A stretch of DNA of 64,000 nucleotides from an uncultured Planctomycetota bacterium (GCA_963708675.1 CAVPTO010000003.1:327749-391748), one strand, 5' to 3'; positions 29,328 to 41,708 are shown, numbered from the stretch's first letter. Translations and numbers: made by a program. The notes: generated from the sequence alone by a model not told the origin.

Positions 29328-29861
29328 ATGAAACGATTCGCGCTCGCATTGACCGCCTTTGCCCTGCTCGTGCTGCCGGTGCTTGGCGAGGACGCCCACA
29401 AGCATTCGCCAACCGCGACGTCCAACGCAGGACTCGACAAAATGAAAACGCTTGTCGGCACATGGATGGTGGCCGACAAAGATGGCAAGCCCACGGACCA
29501 AGTCGCTTCGGTCATCACACTCACGGCCGGGGGCAGCGCGATTCACGAGGTTCTTTTCCCAGGCCAGCCGCACGAGATGGTTTCGATGTACACGGCCGAC
29601 GGCCCGGACCTGGTGATGACGCACTATTGCGTGCTCGGCAATCAGCCCCGCATGCGAGCTCACGGCGTCGAGAACGGCAATCAGTTGCGTTTCGAGTTCG
29701 ACGGCGGCACGAATCTCGACCCGGCGAAGGACAAGCACATGCACGCCTCGACGCTGAAGATCGTTGACGCAGACCATTTGGAGATCGATGGCACGGGCTG
29801 GGAAAATGGCGGCCCGGAAAAAGACATGTGCCACGGCATCAAACTCGTCCGGAAGAAATAA
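29328..29861 (+). CDS. secreted beta-barrel (lipocalin-like) hypothetical protein
   Basis: Signal peptide MKRFALALTAFALLVLPVLG; 'LVGTW', 'EMVSMY', 'THYC..GNQPRM', 'HMH' motifs. Confidence 0.8.
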   Translation: MKRFALALTAFALLVLPVLGEDAHKHSPTATSNAGLDKMKTLVGTWMVADKDGKPTDQVASVITLTAGGSAIHEVLFPGQPHEMVSMYTADGPDLVMTHYCVLGNQPRMRAHGVENGNQLRFEFDGGTNLDPAKDKHMHASTLKIVDADHLEIDGTGWENGGPEKDMCHGIKLVRKK

Positions 29862-29862
29862 G

Positions 29863-30032
29863 TGATCGTTTATTGATCTTCAGGTTGCTAATCGAACGAC
29901 GACTCCTTTTGCTCCCTCTCCCCTTGCGGGAGAGGGCCGGGGTGAGGGGTAGTGAAGCGTGTACTCGCCTCAACCCCTCACCCGGTTCGCCTGCGGCGAA
30001 CCACCCTCTCCCGCAAGGGGAGAGGGTATAAG
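29863..30032. repeat. ~170-bp palindromic intergenic repeat (CCCTCTCCC...GGGAGAGGG type), copy 1
   Basis: Reverse-complement homologue at 35087-35261; contains CCCTCTCCCCTTGCGGGAGAGGG hairpins. Confidence 0.85.
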
Positions 30033-30232
30033 ACATTCCACTGTCGGTTCGATTGACAACCTGAACACCAATAGCCAGCTCGCCTGCAAGCCGTGCCCGG
30101 CCGCTACGCGGCGGGCAAGGCCCGCCGGCTAAACAGAGCGCTCAAATGAAAAAGTGAAGATCAATCAACGCGTCGGCCATTTCGCGCGGCGCAGGTTGCG
30201 GACGGATCGATGCGTCCTCTATGCTGCACTCA

Positions 30233-30320
30233 CTGTAGGGAACGCCCTCCGTGGCGTTCCGCGGAACCAGTGGAACGGACAATCCACTTCGCGGAACGCC
30301 ACGGAGGGCGTTCCCTACAG
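30233..30320. repeat. GTAG-type REP doublet (REPIN): 31-bp perfect inverted repeat
   Basis: CTGTAGGGAACGCCCTCCGTGGCGTTCCGCG (30233-30263) and its exact reverse complement at 30290-30320. Confidence 0.9.
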
Positions 30321-30376
30321 AGCAGTCGATCGGTGCAGGAATCCGCAATCCGAAGTCCACAACACGCAATCCAACC

Positions 30377-31395
30377 ATGCCTACGAAGACGATGCAGGTT
30401 GTCGCGCTGTGCGCGATGACCAACGGCCAGGAAGCCGATCTGTTTGCGCTGCTCACGAGCAAAGAAGAACTGACGACGCGCGATGGTAAGCCGTATTTCA
30501 AAGTCGGCTTTCGCGATGCCGGCCGGTCGGTGCAGTTCCCCGTCTGGGGCGATTCGTCGTGGGCCGATGATTGCCGCAACAACTGGACGCCGGGCACGTA
30601 CTACAAGCTACGTGCCGTGTATCGCGACACCAACTACGGGCCGCAGTTAGAGATTCGCAAGATCCGCGCGGTCAACGACGACGATCATGCCGAGGGCTTC
30701 GACCCGACGCAGTTTTTGCCGCGGTCGAAGTTCGATGCCGTCGAGATGTACGACGAACTGGTGGCGACAGCCCGCAAAGGGATCGAAGATAAAGCGCTGC
30801 GGCAGTTGGTGGTCGACCTGCTCGAAACGCATCGCGAGCAACTGTTGACGCTTCCCGCCGCGACGCGCAATCACCACTGCTTCGTTGCCGGCTGGCTCGA
30901 GCATGTGCTGAGCGTCACGCGGACGGCCGCGTTTCTCGCCGATAAATACGACGACTATTACCCGGACCTCAAGCCGCCGTTGAACAAAGACATCGTGATA
31001 GCCGGGGCGATTCTGCACGACATCGGCAAGCTGCAAGAGATCGCCTGGCAGCCGACCGGCGCCGAGTACACGCCTGAGGGGACGTTGGTCGGGCACATTC
31101 TTCAGGGCGCGATATTGTTCGCGAGGCGGCCGCCGAGCAAGCGCGAAACGGCAAGCCGATCGATGCCGAAACCATGTTGCGGCTCGAGCACGTGATCATT
31201 TCGCACCAACGGCTACCGGAGTGGGGCTCGCCGAAGCCACCGATGACGCCCGAGGCGCTGCTCGTTCACTACGCCGACGACCTCGACGCGAAGTACCACA
31301 TGATTTACGTGGCCTTCCGCGACGACCCGAGCACGGGGCCACTCACGAGCAATAAGAATCAACTGTTCCAGAAGTTGTTCCGCGGCGGGCAATGA
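30377..31395 (+). CDS. YhaM/Cbf1-family OB-fold + HD 3'-5' exoribonuclease; frameshift near 31105
   Basis: OB fold (GKPYF...D), 'PAA..NHH...GWLEH', 'LHDIGK', 'GTLVGHI', then 'H.IISH...EWGSP..P.TPEA..VH..DDLDAK' in the second frame. Confidence 0.85.
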
Positions 31396-31551
31396 GATTC
31401 TGATCGCTTAAGAATCGAGTGAAACATTCCGTAAGAGCCATTCCACGTTCGCATAAGTTCGCATTGTGCGAGTCAGAGTTCGCGAGAATAACGTTCCGGC
31501 GAGTGTCTGTCGCTGTAACAGGTCGAACACCTGAGCGGGAGGACACCACAT

Positions 31552-32682
31552 ATGGCAAAGAAGCCGGCACCGGAAAAACTCCAGCGGCCGTTATTGGATC
31601 GATTAGCCGCCCTAGATGATCGCCTTTACCTTCTGCGTGACGCGTTCCACCGACTCCCAACGAACCTAGCGTACGTCAAGTCAATCGCCGTCGAATTACG
31701 ATCGCTAGTATGTTGGTCAAGCAGGACAGAAGGCCTTTTGTGGCGACTTGCTGATGAACTGAGCATATCCGACGAAATGGAATTGCACGTCGGTTCGTCC
31801 GTAAACCGCGACCATGCTTTGGCGCACGGTCTAATGTTTTGGCTACTTCCCATCCATCGGCCTGGTGAGGGACCACCGACTGCAAATGCAGAGTTCTGCA
31901 GTCTTAGGCGTGTTTTCAGACAATGCGAAGCAATTTTCATCGCGCAGATTTCCGACAGTATTGTTACGCATGAGCGGCTGATTTTGGCCGTCGCGAATCA
32001 AATGGGAGCTCACGAAGACGATGGTCTTGACCCCACCCTCGTGCGCTTGAGGAACATTGTCATCAACAACGTGGAGTCATATGTTCCTGTACTCGCGAAA
32101 GACGCTGATCTTACGTTGCAAATTGGGGAACGGGTGCTTGACCACGCCGAGCGGCATGTCGGTTTTTGCCGCAAGCATAAACCACATGACGCCGGGGACG
32201 TTTCTCTCTGCATTCGATTTGCATTGCGGCAGTACCTCGCTGGCCGGTTGCAGATCGTTGCATTTCATTCGGCAATTAGCGAAGCACTGATAACGTTTTC
32301 GGCGGGACCGCAGTCAGCGGTCTTTAGTCTGTGTAAGCGGGGAGAGGCTGTAGCGGAGTTATTTGCTCTATATCCGAGCGAATGGCAACACGACACTGAC
32401 GCTCTCTTTACGTTCTCGTATTCGTCGCAGCATCAACAGGTGCGAACCCTGACGAATGGCCGATGTAATTGCGAACCGACGCATTGCGATTTTGGTTGGC
32501 TGGATGCGCGAGAGTTGCGACCTGAACTTCAGGCAGGTTTCGGCGATTTTGTATCCCTGCGCTGGGTTCCACTTTATGGAAGGCTACTGACCGCGAGGGA
32601 GTGCGGCGAGCTCTCGGACTTATCCGTCGATGCAAGAGAAATGCGAGCACCTCAGAAGTACACGGGGGTTTTCCCCGATTAG
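31552..32682 (+). CDS. hypothetical protein, possible HEPN-like N-terminal domain + LamG/ConA-like C-terminal domain
   Basis: GGAGG RBS; visibly AT-richer than its neighbours; 'ELR.L', 'RLILAVANQMGAHED' and C-terminal 'LYGRLLTAREC.EL'. Confidence 0.6.
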   Translation: MAKKPAPEKLQRPLLDRLAALDDRLYLLRDAFHRLPTNLAYVKSIAVELRSLVCWSSRTEGLLWRLADELSISDEMELHVGSSVNRDHALAHGLMFWLLPIHRPGEGPPTANAEFCSLRRVFRQCEAIFIAQISDSIVTHERLILAVANQMGAHEDDGLDPTLVRLRNIVINNVESYVPVLAKDADLTLQIGERVLDHAERHVGFCRKHKPHDAGDVSLCIRFALRQYLAGRLQIVAFHSAISEALITFSAGPQSAVFSLCKRGEAVAELFALYPSEWQHDTDALFTFSYSSQHQQVRTLTNGRCNCEPTHCDFGWLDARELRPELQAGFGDFVSLRWVPLYGRLLTARECGELSDLSVDAREMRAPQKYTGVFPD

Positions 32683-32747
32683 CCCCCCTCAATCATTCCA
32701 AAACGTCGAGTCCACGTCGTAGACGCGTAGACGCGAGCAATTGTCAC

Positions 32748-34158
<1,411 letters not shown>

Positions 34159-34159
34159 C

Positions 34160-35030
34160 CTACTTCTTCCTCGCTTCGACGACTCGCGAGAGCCCAGCGA
34201 GGTCCTTGGTTGTCGGTTGCACCGTCAAACGAGAATCCGCCGCTAGCATCTCGCGGACGGCTGGTTCGATCATCGGGCTCACTTCGATGAGCAATGCCCC
34301 GCCGGTCAGCAAGCGTTCGGCCGCTTGCGGGATCAGCCGCTCGATGACTTCCGTCCCCTTCGGCCCGGCCTCCAACGCCCTGTGGGGCTCGAAGTCGCGC
34401 ACGTCGGGAGCTAGCTCCGTCATCTCGGCCGACGAGATGTAAGGCGGGTTGCTGACGATGAAGTCGAACCGTGCGTCGGCAGACGCCTTGGCGAAGAGGT
34501 CGCTTTCCAAGAACTCGATCTGCTCGCTCACACCGTGAGCGGCCGCGTTGGAACGAGCGACGTCGAGCGCGGCAGGGCTGATGTCGATGGCTGTGACGCG
34601 CGAGCCCTTTGCTTTTCGCGCAGCGCAGATCGCGAGGATGCCACTGCCGGTGCCAATATCAGCAATACGCAGTGGCGACTCGGTCTTGCGCCGCGGCAAG
34701 GTCGAGCAGCCGCACGACGACGAACTCGGTTTCAGGGCGCGGAATCAATACATCCGTCGTCACGCGGAACGACAGCGAATAGAACTCGCGATGTCCGACG
34801 AGATACGCGACCGGCTTGCCCGCCGCCCGTTCCTTGACGAGACCTCGATAGGCGTCACGCACGTCGGTGTTCGGCTCTTCGTCGAACCGCGTGTAGAGCG
34901 CAATGCGCTGACACTTGAGAACATGGGCCAGCAGCACCTCAGCATCGAGCCGCGGGCTTTGAGAAGCGTGCTGCTTCAAGTAGCCGGTCGTCCACTCAAG
35001 CAGCCGGCCGATCGTCCATGTTTCGGGCAT
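34160..35030 (-). CDS. prmC: release factor glutamine methyltransferase; frameshift near 34690
   Basis: PRLDAEVLL, GKPVAYLVG.REFY, VLIPRPETE, DIGTGSG, VSNPPY; downstream of prfA. Confidence 0.93.
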
Positions 35031-35086
35031 GGGCGTTAACTTAGCGGGCGCTGCCGGATGCGACTACGCGCTAGACTGCGGCGTGC

Positions 35087-35261
35087 CTTATTCCCTCTCC
35101 CCTTGCGGGAGAGGGTGGTTCGCCGAAGGCGGACCGGGTGAGGGGTTGAGGCGAGTACACACTTCAGCACCCCTCACCCCGGCCCTCTCCCGGAAGGGGA
35201 GAGGGAGCAAACGGATTCGTCGTTCGATGAGCGACCTGACGGTCATTAAATCCGGCGATCA
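35087..35261. repeat. ~170-bp palindromic intergenic repeat, copy 2 (inverted relative to 29863-30032)
   Basis: Reverse complement aligns to copy 1 over both the hairpin core and an ~50-bp flank. Confidence 0.85.
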
Positions 35262-36336
35262 TTCAATCGTGCCCATCGCGCTGCGCTGCGCCTGACGATC
35301 GTGCTCGACGAGCGCGTTGTGCACGGGCTCGAGACCGCCGGCGATGATTCGATCGAGCTGATACAGCGTCAGGTTGATGCGATGATCGGACAGCCGATTC
35401 TCAGGGAAGTTATACGTGCGAATGCGCGCGCTACGATCGCCTGAGCCGACAAGCGTCTTGCGTTCTTCCGACCGCTTTGAATGTTCCTGCGCGGATGTGT
35501 TCATAGAGGCGAGACTTGAGCACGCGCAGCGCCTTGGCGAAGTTCTTGTGCTGGCTTTTCTCGTCCTGACACTGCACGACGATGCCGCTTTCGAGGTGCG
35601 TGAGCCGCACGGCCGATTGCGTCTTGTTGACGTGCTGACCGCCGGGACCGCTGGCGCAGAATAAATCTTTGCGGTAGTCGTCTTGCTTGATGTCGATTTC
35701 GACGTCTTCGGGCTCGGGCATGACGGCGACCGTGGCAATCGACGTTTGGATGCGACCCTTGGCCTCGGTTTCGGGAACGCGCTGCACGCGGTGGCCGCCG
35801 CTTTCGTACTGCATGAGTGCGAAAACGCCTTCACCTTCGAATCCGAGCACGAGCTCCTTGAAGCCGCCGAGTTCGGTAGCGCTCATGTCCATGATCTCGA
35901 TCTTCCACTGCTTCGCCTCGGCATAGTGCTTGTACATTTCGTACAAGTCACGCGCGAAGAGTCCGGCCTCTTCGCCACCGGTGCCGGCGCGAATTTCGAC
36001 AATGCAGCGGGCACGGAGCGCGTCCTCGCCACCGATGGTCATGTCGAGCAATTCGTTCCACAAAGCCTCGCGCTCCTCGCGCAGGCCGGGGAGCTCGGCC
36101 TCGGCGAGCTCGCGCATCTCGGAGTCGCCGTCAGATGCCATCGCCATGACGTCGGCGATCTGCTGATTCAGGTCTTTGAACCGACGGTACTTCGTCGCGA
36201 CCTTGGCCAGCGTTCCGCGTTCGCGCGAAATCGAGGCGATCTGCGAGGAGTTGCTCAGGACCACGGGGTCCATGAGCATGCGGTCGAGTTCTTCGAAACG
36301 GTCGAGCTGATTATCGAGAGTATCGCGGAGTTTCAT
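35259..36336 (-). CDS. prfA: peptide chain release factor 1; frameshift near 35490
   Basis: [24 protein letters not shown] (PxT), [31 protein letters not shown]. Confidence 0.95.
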
Positions 36337-36459
36337 ACGGCCACCGGGGCGTCATGCCCGAGGAATCAAAGGACTGATCGAGGGACTGGTGGAAACGCCA
36401 ATCAACGAAAAGGGCGCAAGACCCGACGAAGGTCTGCGCCCTAAACTCGATGTCCGTAG

Positions 36460-36720
36460 CTACTCGCTGGCGGCGGCTTCGGCCTTGACGGCCTTCTTGT
36501 CGCGCTTGAGGCTCGCGTAACCGGAAGCCGAGAACTTGTTCTTGAACTTCTCGATGCGGCCGGCCGTGTCGAGGAACTTCAGCTTGCCGGTGTAGAACGG
36601 GTGGCAAGCATTGCAAATGTCGATCTTGATCTCAGGCTGCGTGCTGCGGGTCGTAAACGAGTTACCGCAGCCGCACTTGACGACCGTCTCGACGTACTTG
36701 GGGTGGATGTCTTTTTTCAT
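36460..36720 (-). CDS. rpmE: 50S ribosomal protein L31 (Zn-binding, C+ type)
   Basis: MKKDIHP.Y...CGCGN...[10 protein letters not shown]...DTAGR.EKF. Confidence 0.97.
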   Translation of the reverse strand: MKKDIHPKYVETVVKCGCGNSFTTRSTQPEIKIDICNACHPFYTGKLKFLDTAGRIEKFKNKFSASGYASLKRDKKAVKAEAAASE

Positions 36721-36833
36721 GGTCTAAGGCCCTTCCTATGGGACCCCTAATAGTATCGGCGAGGCCGCCCAGCGGCAAGAGCTGCGATTCTCCGTTCACA
36801 AAGCGGAGAGGCTAACTGCCGGCGGGGGAACGG

Positions 36834-36955
36834 TTAACCGCAGAGGGCGCGGAGGACGCAGAGAGGGAAAGAGTTCAAGGCATTGTCTTTCTGCCTTTTC
36901 TTTACTTCCTAGCTGCTCCTTCCGCCTCTGCGTGCTCTGCGAACCCCGCGGTCAA
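36834..36955. repeat. imperfect inverted repeat of the AACCGCAGAG..CGCGGAG..CGCAGAG type
   Basis: TTAACCGCAGAGGGCGCGGAGGACGCAGAG pairs with CTCTGCGTGCTCTGCGAACCCCGCGGTCAA. Confidence 0.7.
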
Positions 36956-36958
36956 CTA

Positions 36959-37483
36959 CTAGATGTAAAGCAAGTGCCCATCCGCCTCGACTTGCGCATG
37001 TGCGTGCAGTGTGTGCAGCTTCGCGGCGGCGCCGAGAATGTCGCGGACTTCCACTCCGCGAGCGACTAGCGAGTCGGCGATCAATTGACGATGGCAACGC
37101 CACGGGACAGCCTCGGAACACATGATGGCGGTTGTTCGCGCGGCGGCAGCGTTCAACAGGCGATCGAGCGCGGCGTCGAACTCGGGGGTACGCATGTAAT
37201 CGGCGTAGGCACGGAACGACGCGTTCTTCCAAAAAGTGTTCGGCGACTCGCCCAATGACTGCCGCCGCCCGCCGAGTCCCGGCTCGTGCACATACGCGAT
37301 GCCTGCTTCCGTCAGCCACTCGCGCATCGCCCCGGCGTTAAAGTGCGGATAGCGACGCGAGCCTGGCAACTTGCGAACGTCCACGATCTGGCAAACGTTG
37401 TGGGGTCCGAGCAACTCTAGGAACGCTTCGGCCGAGTGCGTCGAATGCCCAATCGTGAAAATGGTCGCAGGGTCAATCGTCAT
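36959..37483 (-). CDS. DUF488 family protein
   Basis: IFTIGHS, VDVR..P.SRR.PHF, LGGRR, MCSEA.PWRCHRQLIAD. Confidence 0.92.
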   Translation of the reverse strand: MTIDPATIFTIGHSTHSAEAFLELLGPHNVCQIVDVRKLPGSRRYPHFNAGAMREWLTEAGIAYVHEPGLGGRRQSLGESPNTFWKNASFRAYADYMRTPEFDAALDRLLNAAAARTTAIMCSEAVPWRCHRQLIADSLVARGVEVRDILGAAAKLHTLHAHAQVEADGHLLYI

Positions 37484-38145
37484 CGCATTGCATGATGGGC
37501 GGGTCGTCGAGATCGCGAGGCCTCATGGGCCCTGCGTAGGTCGTTGGCAAATTGTACGCGCATCTCGTCACGGGCGGCCTTATCGGGAGCTCGCAGGATC
37601 GCCGAAGGGTGAAACGTCGCCAGAATCGGGACGCCCCAATCGGATTCGAGTACGACGCCGCGCTGCTTCGTGATGCGAAACGACGCGCCCATCAGCGATT
37701 GGGCGGCCGTCGCGCCGAGAGCCACGACGATACGCGGCATAACGGCCTCCAATTCCGCTTCGAGCCAAGGTCGACATGCCGCCATCTCTCGCGCCGACGG
37801 CTTGGCGTGCAGACGCCGTTTACCTCGCGGAGTCCACTTGAAATGTTTGACAGCGTTCGTGACGTACACGTCATCGCGATCGATGCCGACCTCGGCCAAC
37901 GCCTCGTCGAGCAGCCGGCCGGCGGGTCCGACGAAGGGCTGGCCTTGCAGGTCTTCCTGGTCGCCGGGCTGTTCGCCGACCAGCATCATCCGTGCGTTTT
38001 CGGGACCGCGACCGAACACGGTTTGCGTCGCATTCACGTAAAGAGGACAACCTTCGCACTTCGTCGCGGCGCGAGTCAAGTGCGGCAAGTCGCGCTGAGT
38101 CGGAAGAAAATCGGCGGCAGAGGTGCTGAGTCGCGAAGGGCACAT
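37480..38145 (-). CDS. udgX: UdgX-type family-4 uracil-DNA glycosylase
   Basis: C..C.L Fe-S motif, [20 protein letters not shown]....GKRRLH (UdgX R-loop His), HPS. Confidence 0.88.
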   Translation of the reverse strand: MCPSRLSTSAADFLPTQRDLPHLTRAATKCEGCPLYVNATQTVFGRGPENARMMLVGEQPGDQEDLQGQPFVGPAGRLLDEALAEVGIDRDDVYVTNAVKHFKWTPRGKRRLHAKPSAREMAACRPWLEAELEAVMPRIVVALGATAAQSLMGASFRITKQRGVVLESDWGVPILATFHPSAILRAPDKAARDEMRVQFANDLRRAHEASRSRRPAHHAMR

Positions 38146-38333
38146 GCATCGCCGAAACTGCACAAATTGTACCGACATCGTCCGGCAAAACTCGCTGGTA
38201 TCGGGTCTTTGGCGATAATTGTCAGTCACCCACGGTTCGGGTATGCTGCCAGCGCATCGGGGATTCGACGCAGCAGACGCACCCCGCATATCGCACAAAC
38301 TTTCTGACGGTCCAACCGCTTGGAGATTCAGCC

Positions 38334-38945
38334 ATGGCCTATAGCTTGCCCGAACTGCCGTACCCGTTCGACGCACTCGAGCCGTCGATCGATAAGAAGA
38401 CGATGGAAATCCATCACGACAAACATCACAAGGCGTACATCGACAATCTGAACAAGGCGATCGAGGGGACCGACCTCGGCAACCAGAGCATCGAGTCGCT
38501 GTGCATGAACATCGACAAGGTGCCCGAGAACATTCGCGCCGTCGTGCGCAACAACGGCGGCGGTCACGCGAACCACTCGCTGTTCTGGACCATTCTCGCC
38601 CATGGCGGGGGCGGACAGCCCAGCGGCAAGTTGGCTGACGCCATCAAGACCGACCTCGGCGGGTTCGACAAGTTCAAGGAAGACTTCACCAAGGCCGGCC
38701 TCACACGCTTCGGCAGCGGCTGGGCTTGGCTGAGCGTCAACAAGGCCAAGAAGCTGGTTGTCGAAAACACGCCCAACCAGGACAGCCCGCTGATGAGCGG
38801 CAACACGCCGATCCTGGGCTGCGACGTTTGGGAGCACGCCTACTACCTGCTCTATCAAAACCGTCGTCCGGATTACATGGCGGCGTTCTTCAATGTCATC
38901 AACTGGCCGAACGTGGCCGAGCGCTACGCCGCCGCGACCAAGTAG
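38334..38945 (+). CDS. sodA: superoxide dismutase (Mn-type signature)
   Basis: [28 protein letters not shown]. Confidence 0.93.
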   Translation: MAYSLPELPYPFDALEPSIDKKTMEIHHDKHHKAYIDNLNKAIEGTDLGNQSIESLCMNIDKVPENIRAVVRNNGGGHANHSLFWTILAHGGGGQPSGKLADAIKTDLGGFDKFKEDFTKAGLTRFGSGWAWLSVNKAKKLVVENTPNQDSPLMSGNTPILGCDVWEHAYYLLYQNRRPDYMAAFFNVINWPNVAERYAAATK

Positions 38946-38979
38946 CGTCACGCATCGATAACTCGCGCAGTCACCCAAG

Positions 38980-39006
38980 CCCAGGGCCTGCTGGCCCTGG
39001 GTTTTT
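38980..39006 (+). terminator. rho-independent terminator after sodA
   Basis: CCCAGGGCC-TGCT-GGCCCTGGG-TTTTT. Confidence 0.85.
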
Positions 39007-39036
39007 GTGCGTTCACACATCACGGAGGACACGCCC

Positions 39037-40823
39037 ATGTTCCAACGCCGAATTCTCGCCTGCGCGATCACAGCGCTGCTGTTAACTGGCGCCGCCTTGG
39101 CGCAGGTTTCTGTCACCCGCGCCGCCGACGACATTCTGATGCAGGTTCCGAAGTCGGCGTGGGCCGTCGTGATCGTCAATCGGCTCGACACGACCAGCGG
39201 CCTGGCGGAAAAGATCGGCGGACAGTTGAACGTGCCGGTTTTCAATCCGCTCGGGTTGTTGAAGGTGCTGACGCGCATCGAAGGCGGCCTCGACGACCAA
39301 GGCGCCGCCGCGATCGCATTTCTTCCCGATCCCGACGGAGGCCCGATGCCGATTGCCGTCGGTTACCTGCCGGTCACGAACTACGACACATTCATCGAGC
39401 ATCTGGTGGTTGGCGATAAGCAAGGCGACGTCTCGACGATCAATCTCGCGGGGCAACAACTGCTCGTGTCGCCACGCGGAAAATACGCCGTCCTCGCGCA
39501 GCCCGGCAGAGAAGCGATCCTCACCGCGACGGTGAACGCCAAGGAAGACGCCATGACGGTGTTCGCACCTTTGGCGGCGTGGATGTCGGGCAACGAAATC
39601 GTGGTCGTCGCGACGGCCGATGGCGTTCGTGCCGCAACCGCCGGCATGACGCAAGGATTGGCGCAAGCCAAGACGCAGATGGCCGACGCGGGGTCGTCGA
39701 ACGAGGCGGCCGTCGCGTGGTTCGACGAAATGGAGAAGCTACTCGGCGACATTCGCACGCAAGTGTCGCTGGCCGGCGTGGGGATCGACGCGAGCAACGA
39801 CGGGCATCTGACGACCAGCATTCGCACAACGTTCGGCCCCGGCAGTTGGGCTCAAGCAGCCTCGACCGCCATGCCCGCCGCCGCGCCGCCGTTAACCGGC
39901 CTCGCAGATGCTCCGTTCGCCTTGGCGCTGGCGCCGCGGACTTCGGTTCATGGACGGAGAAGAAGCTCGACTTCGGCCTCGACATGATTCGTCAATCGAC
40001 GAAGAACTCGCCGACACCCATCACCGACACGCAGATGTCGCAACTCCGCGACGCCAGCCTCAAGATGATCAAGCTGTCGCGCAGCTACGCGATGCAGGTC
40101 GGCGTCGCCAAGGTCGACGAGGGGATGCTCGCCAAGACGTTCGGCATCATGCAGGTCAGCGACTCGGCAGCCTACATGGACGCGGTGAAGAATTATCTTG
40201 CGGTGTACGAAAAGATCGCCGCCGACGCGAAGTCACCCGCCCTGCCCCAATACGCAACGCAAACGGTCTCGCTCGGCGGCAAGTCGGCGCTCGCGATGAC
40301 GGTCGATATGAAGCAGATCATGCAAAACGTCGAGGCCCAGGGGGGCGCTGATGCCTCGGCCATGGTCGACCGCGTGCTTCGGCTGCTGTTTGGCGCTGAT
40401 GGCAACCTCACGGCCTACGTCGCGCCGGTCGACAAGCAACGAGTCCTTGTTGGTTACAGCAAGTCAGCCATCGAAGCGTACATCGCCTCGCCGCCAGCGG
40501 CAGACAACCAACTCATCGGCGACGACCTGGTGCAACGCACGCTCGCGTTGCTCCCCGCCGGTTCGCAAACGGTCGGCGTCATCAGTCCGGCAGGCTTGAT
40601 TGCCGTCGCCAACGCGGTGCTCGGCACCGTGCCGCCCGCGCAAGGTTTCCAACTTCCCGCCATCAACGCCACGCCACCGCTGGGCATCGGTTCGCTGTTT
40701 TCCGCGACGGGTTATGAGCTTCGCATCGTCGCGCCCGCGGAAACACTGAGCGGCATCGGGTCGCTCATCTCCGCCCTCAGACAAGGTCCGCCGCGAGGCC
40801 AACCGCAGGGTCGACAGGAATAA
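39037..40823 (+). CDS. secreted hypothetical protein (~595 aa); frameshift near 39930
   Basis: GGAGG RBS and signal peptide MFQRRILACAITALLLTGAALA; coding-like sequence switches between ORFs 39007..39987 and 39579..40823. Confidence 0.7.
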
Positions 40824-40829
40824 GGCGAC

Positions 40830-41534
40830 ATGGCGGCGAGCACGAGCAAAGCCCGTCAGATCGTCATCACCGGCGTCAGCCGTGGCCTCGGCCGAGCGAT
40901 GGTCGAGAGTTTCATCGAACGAGGCCACATCGTGCATGGCTGCGCTCGCGATGCGAAGGCGATTGCAGAACTCGCCAAGAAGTATGGCGAGTCGCACACG
41001 TTTGCCGTCGTCGATGTCACCGATGACAAGCAAGTGAGGTCGTGGGCCGAAGCGACGCTGAAACTTGCAGGGCCGCCCGACTTGCTGATCAACAACGCGG
41101 CGATCATTAACCGCAACGCCAAGCTGTGGGAGTTCACCGCCGACGAGATCGCGTCGATCGTGAACGTCAACATCGCCGGCGTGGTGAATGTGATCCGCCA
41201 CCTCGTCCCCGCGATGGTGGCGCGTGGCCGCGGCGTGATCGTGAACTTCAGCTCGGGCTGGGGACGCACCGTCTCGGCCGAGGTCGCGCCTTATTGCGCG
41301 ACGAAGTTCGCCATCGAGGGGTTGACCAAGGCGATGGCCGAAGAGCTTCCCACCGGCATGGCCGCCGTTCCGTTGAACCCAGGCATCATCGACACCGAGA
41401 TGCTCCGCGGCGCCTTCGGCGACAGCGCCGGCAGCTACCCTTCTCCGCGCGACTGGGCCAAGCGCACCGTGCCCTACATCCTCAACCTCAGCCCCACCGA
41501 CAGCGGCGAGTCGTTGAGTGTCGACGAAGAGTGA
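40830..41534 (+). CDS. SDR family oxidoreductase
   Basis: TGVSRGLG, NNAA, YCATK. Confidence 0.9.
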   Translation: MAASTSKARQIVITGVSRGLGRAMVESFIERGHIVHGCARDAKAIAELAKKYGESHTFAVVDVTDDKQVRSWAEATLKLAGPPDLLINNAAIINRNAKLWEFTADEIASIVNVNIAGVVNVIRHLVPAMVARGRGVIVNFSSGWGRTVSAEVAPYCATKFAIEGLTKAMAEELPTGMAAVPLNPGIIDTEMLRGAFGDSAGSYPSPRDWAKRTVPYILNLSPTDSGESLSVDEE

Positions 41535-41578
41535 GGCATTAGGCGGCGCCGAGCGCTCCGCTGGCGCGTCGCGGCTAA

Positions 41579-41678
41579 GAAGCTGTTTCAGAACCTGGTT
41601 CGCTCGCTTAGCCGCCCCGTCCACGGGGCGGAATCCGGGTCGTGGACGACCCGGCTAAGCAGGTTCTGAAACACCTTC
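41579..41678. mobile_element. 100-bp MITE with 19-bp TIRs and TAA target duplication
   Basis: GAAGCTGTTTCAGAACCTG vs reverse complement GAAGGTGTTTCAGAACCTG (18/19); TAA at 41576-78 and 41679-81. Confidence 0.7.
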
Positions 41679-41708
41679 TAAACCGGGGGCGATCGCACAC
41701 CGACGCGG

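Noticed and set aside
29839-30036. Paralogous small ORFs 'LSPCGRGW...PLTPALSRKGRG' (also 35029-35295)
   Set aside because: These are translations of the palindromic repeat rather than credible proteins.
35259-36336. Programmed frameshift in the release factor gene
   Set aside because: The protein is RF1 (PET motif). The break is late in the gene with no CTT-TGA/internal SD signal as in prfB, and neighbouring genes show similar breaks, so a sequencing error is more likely.
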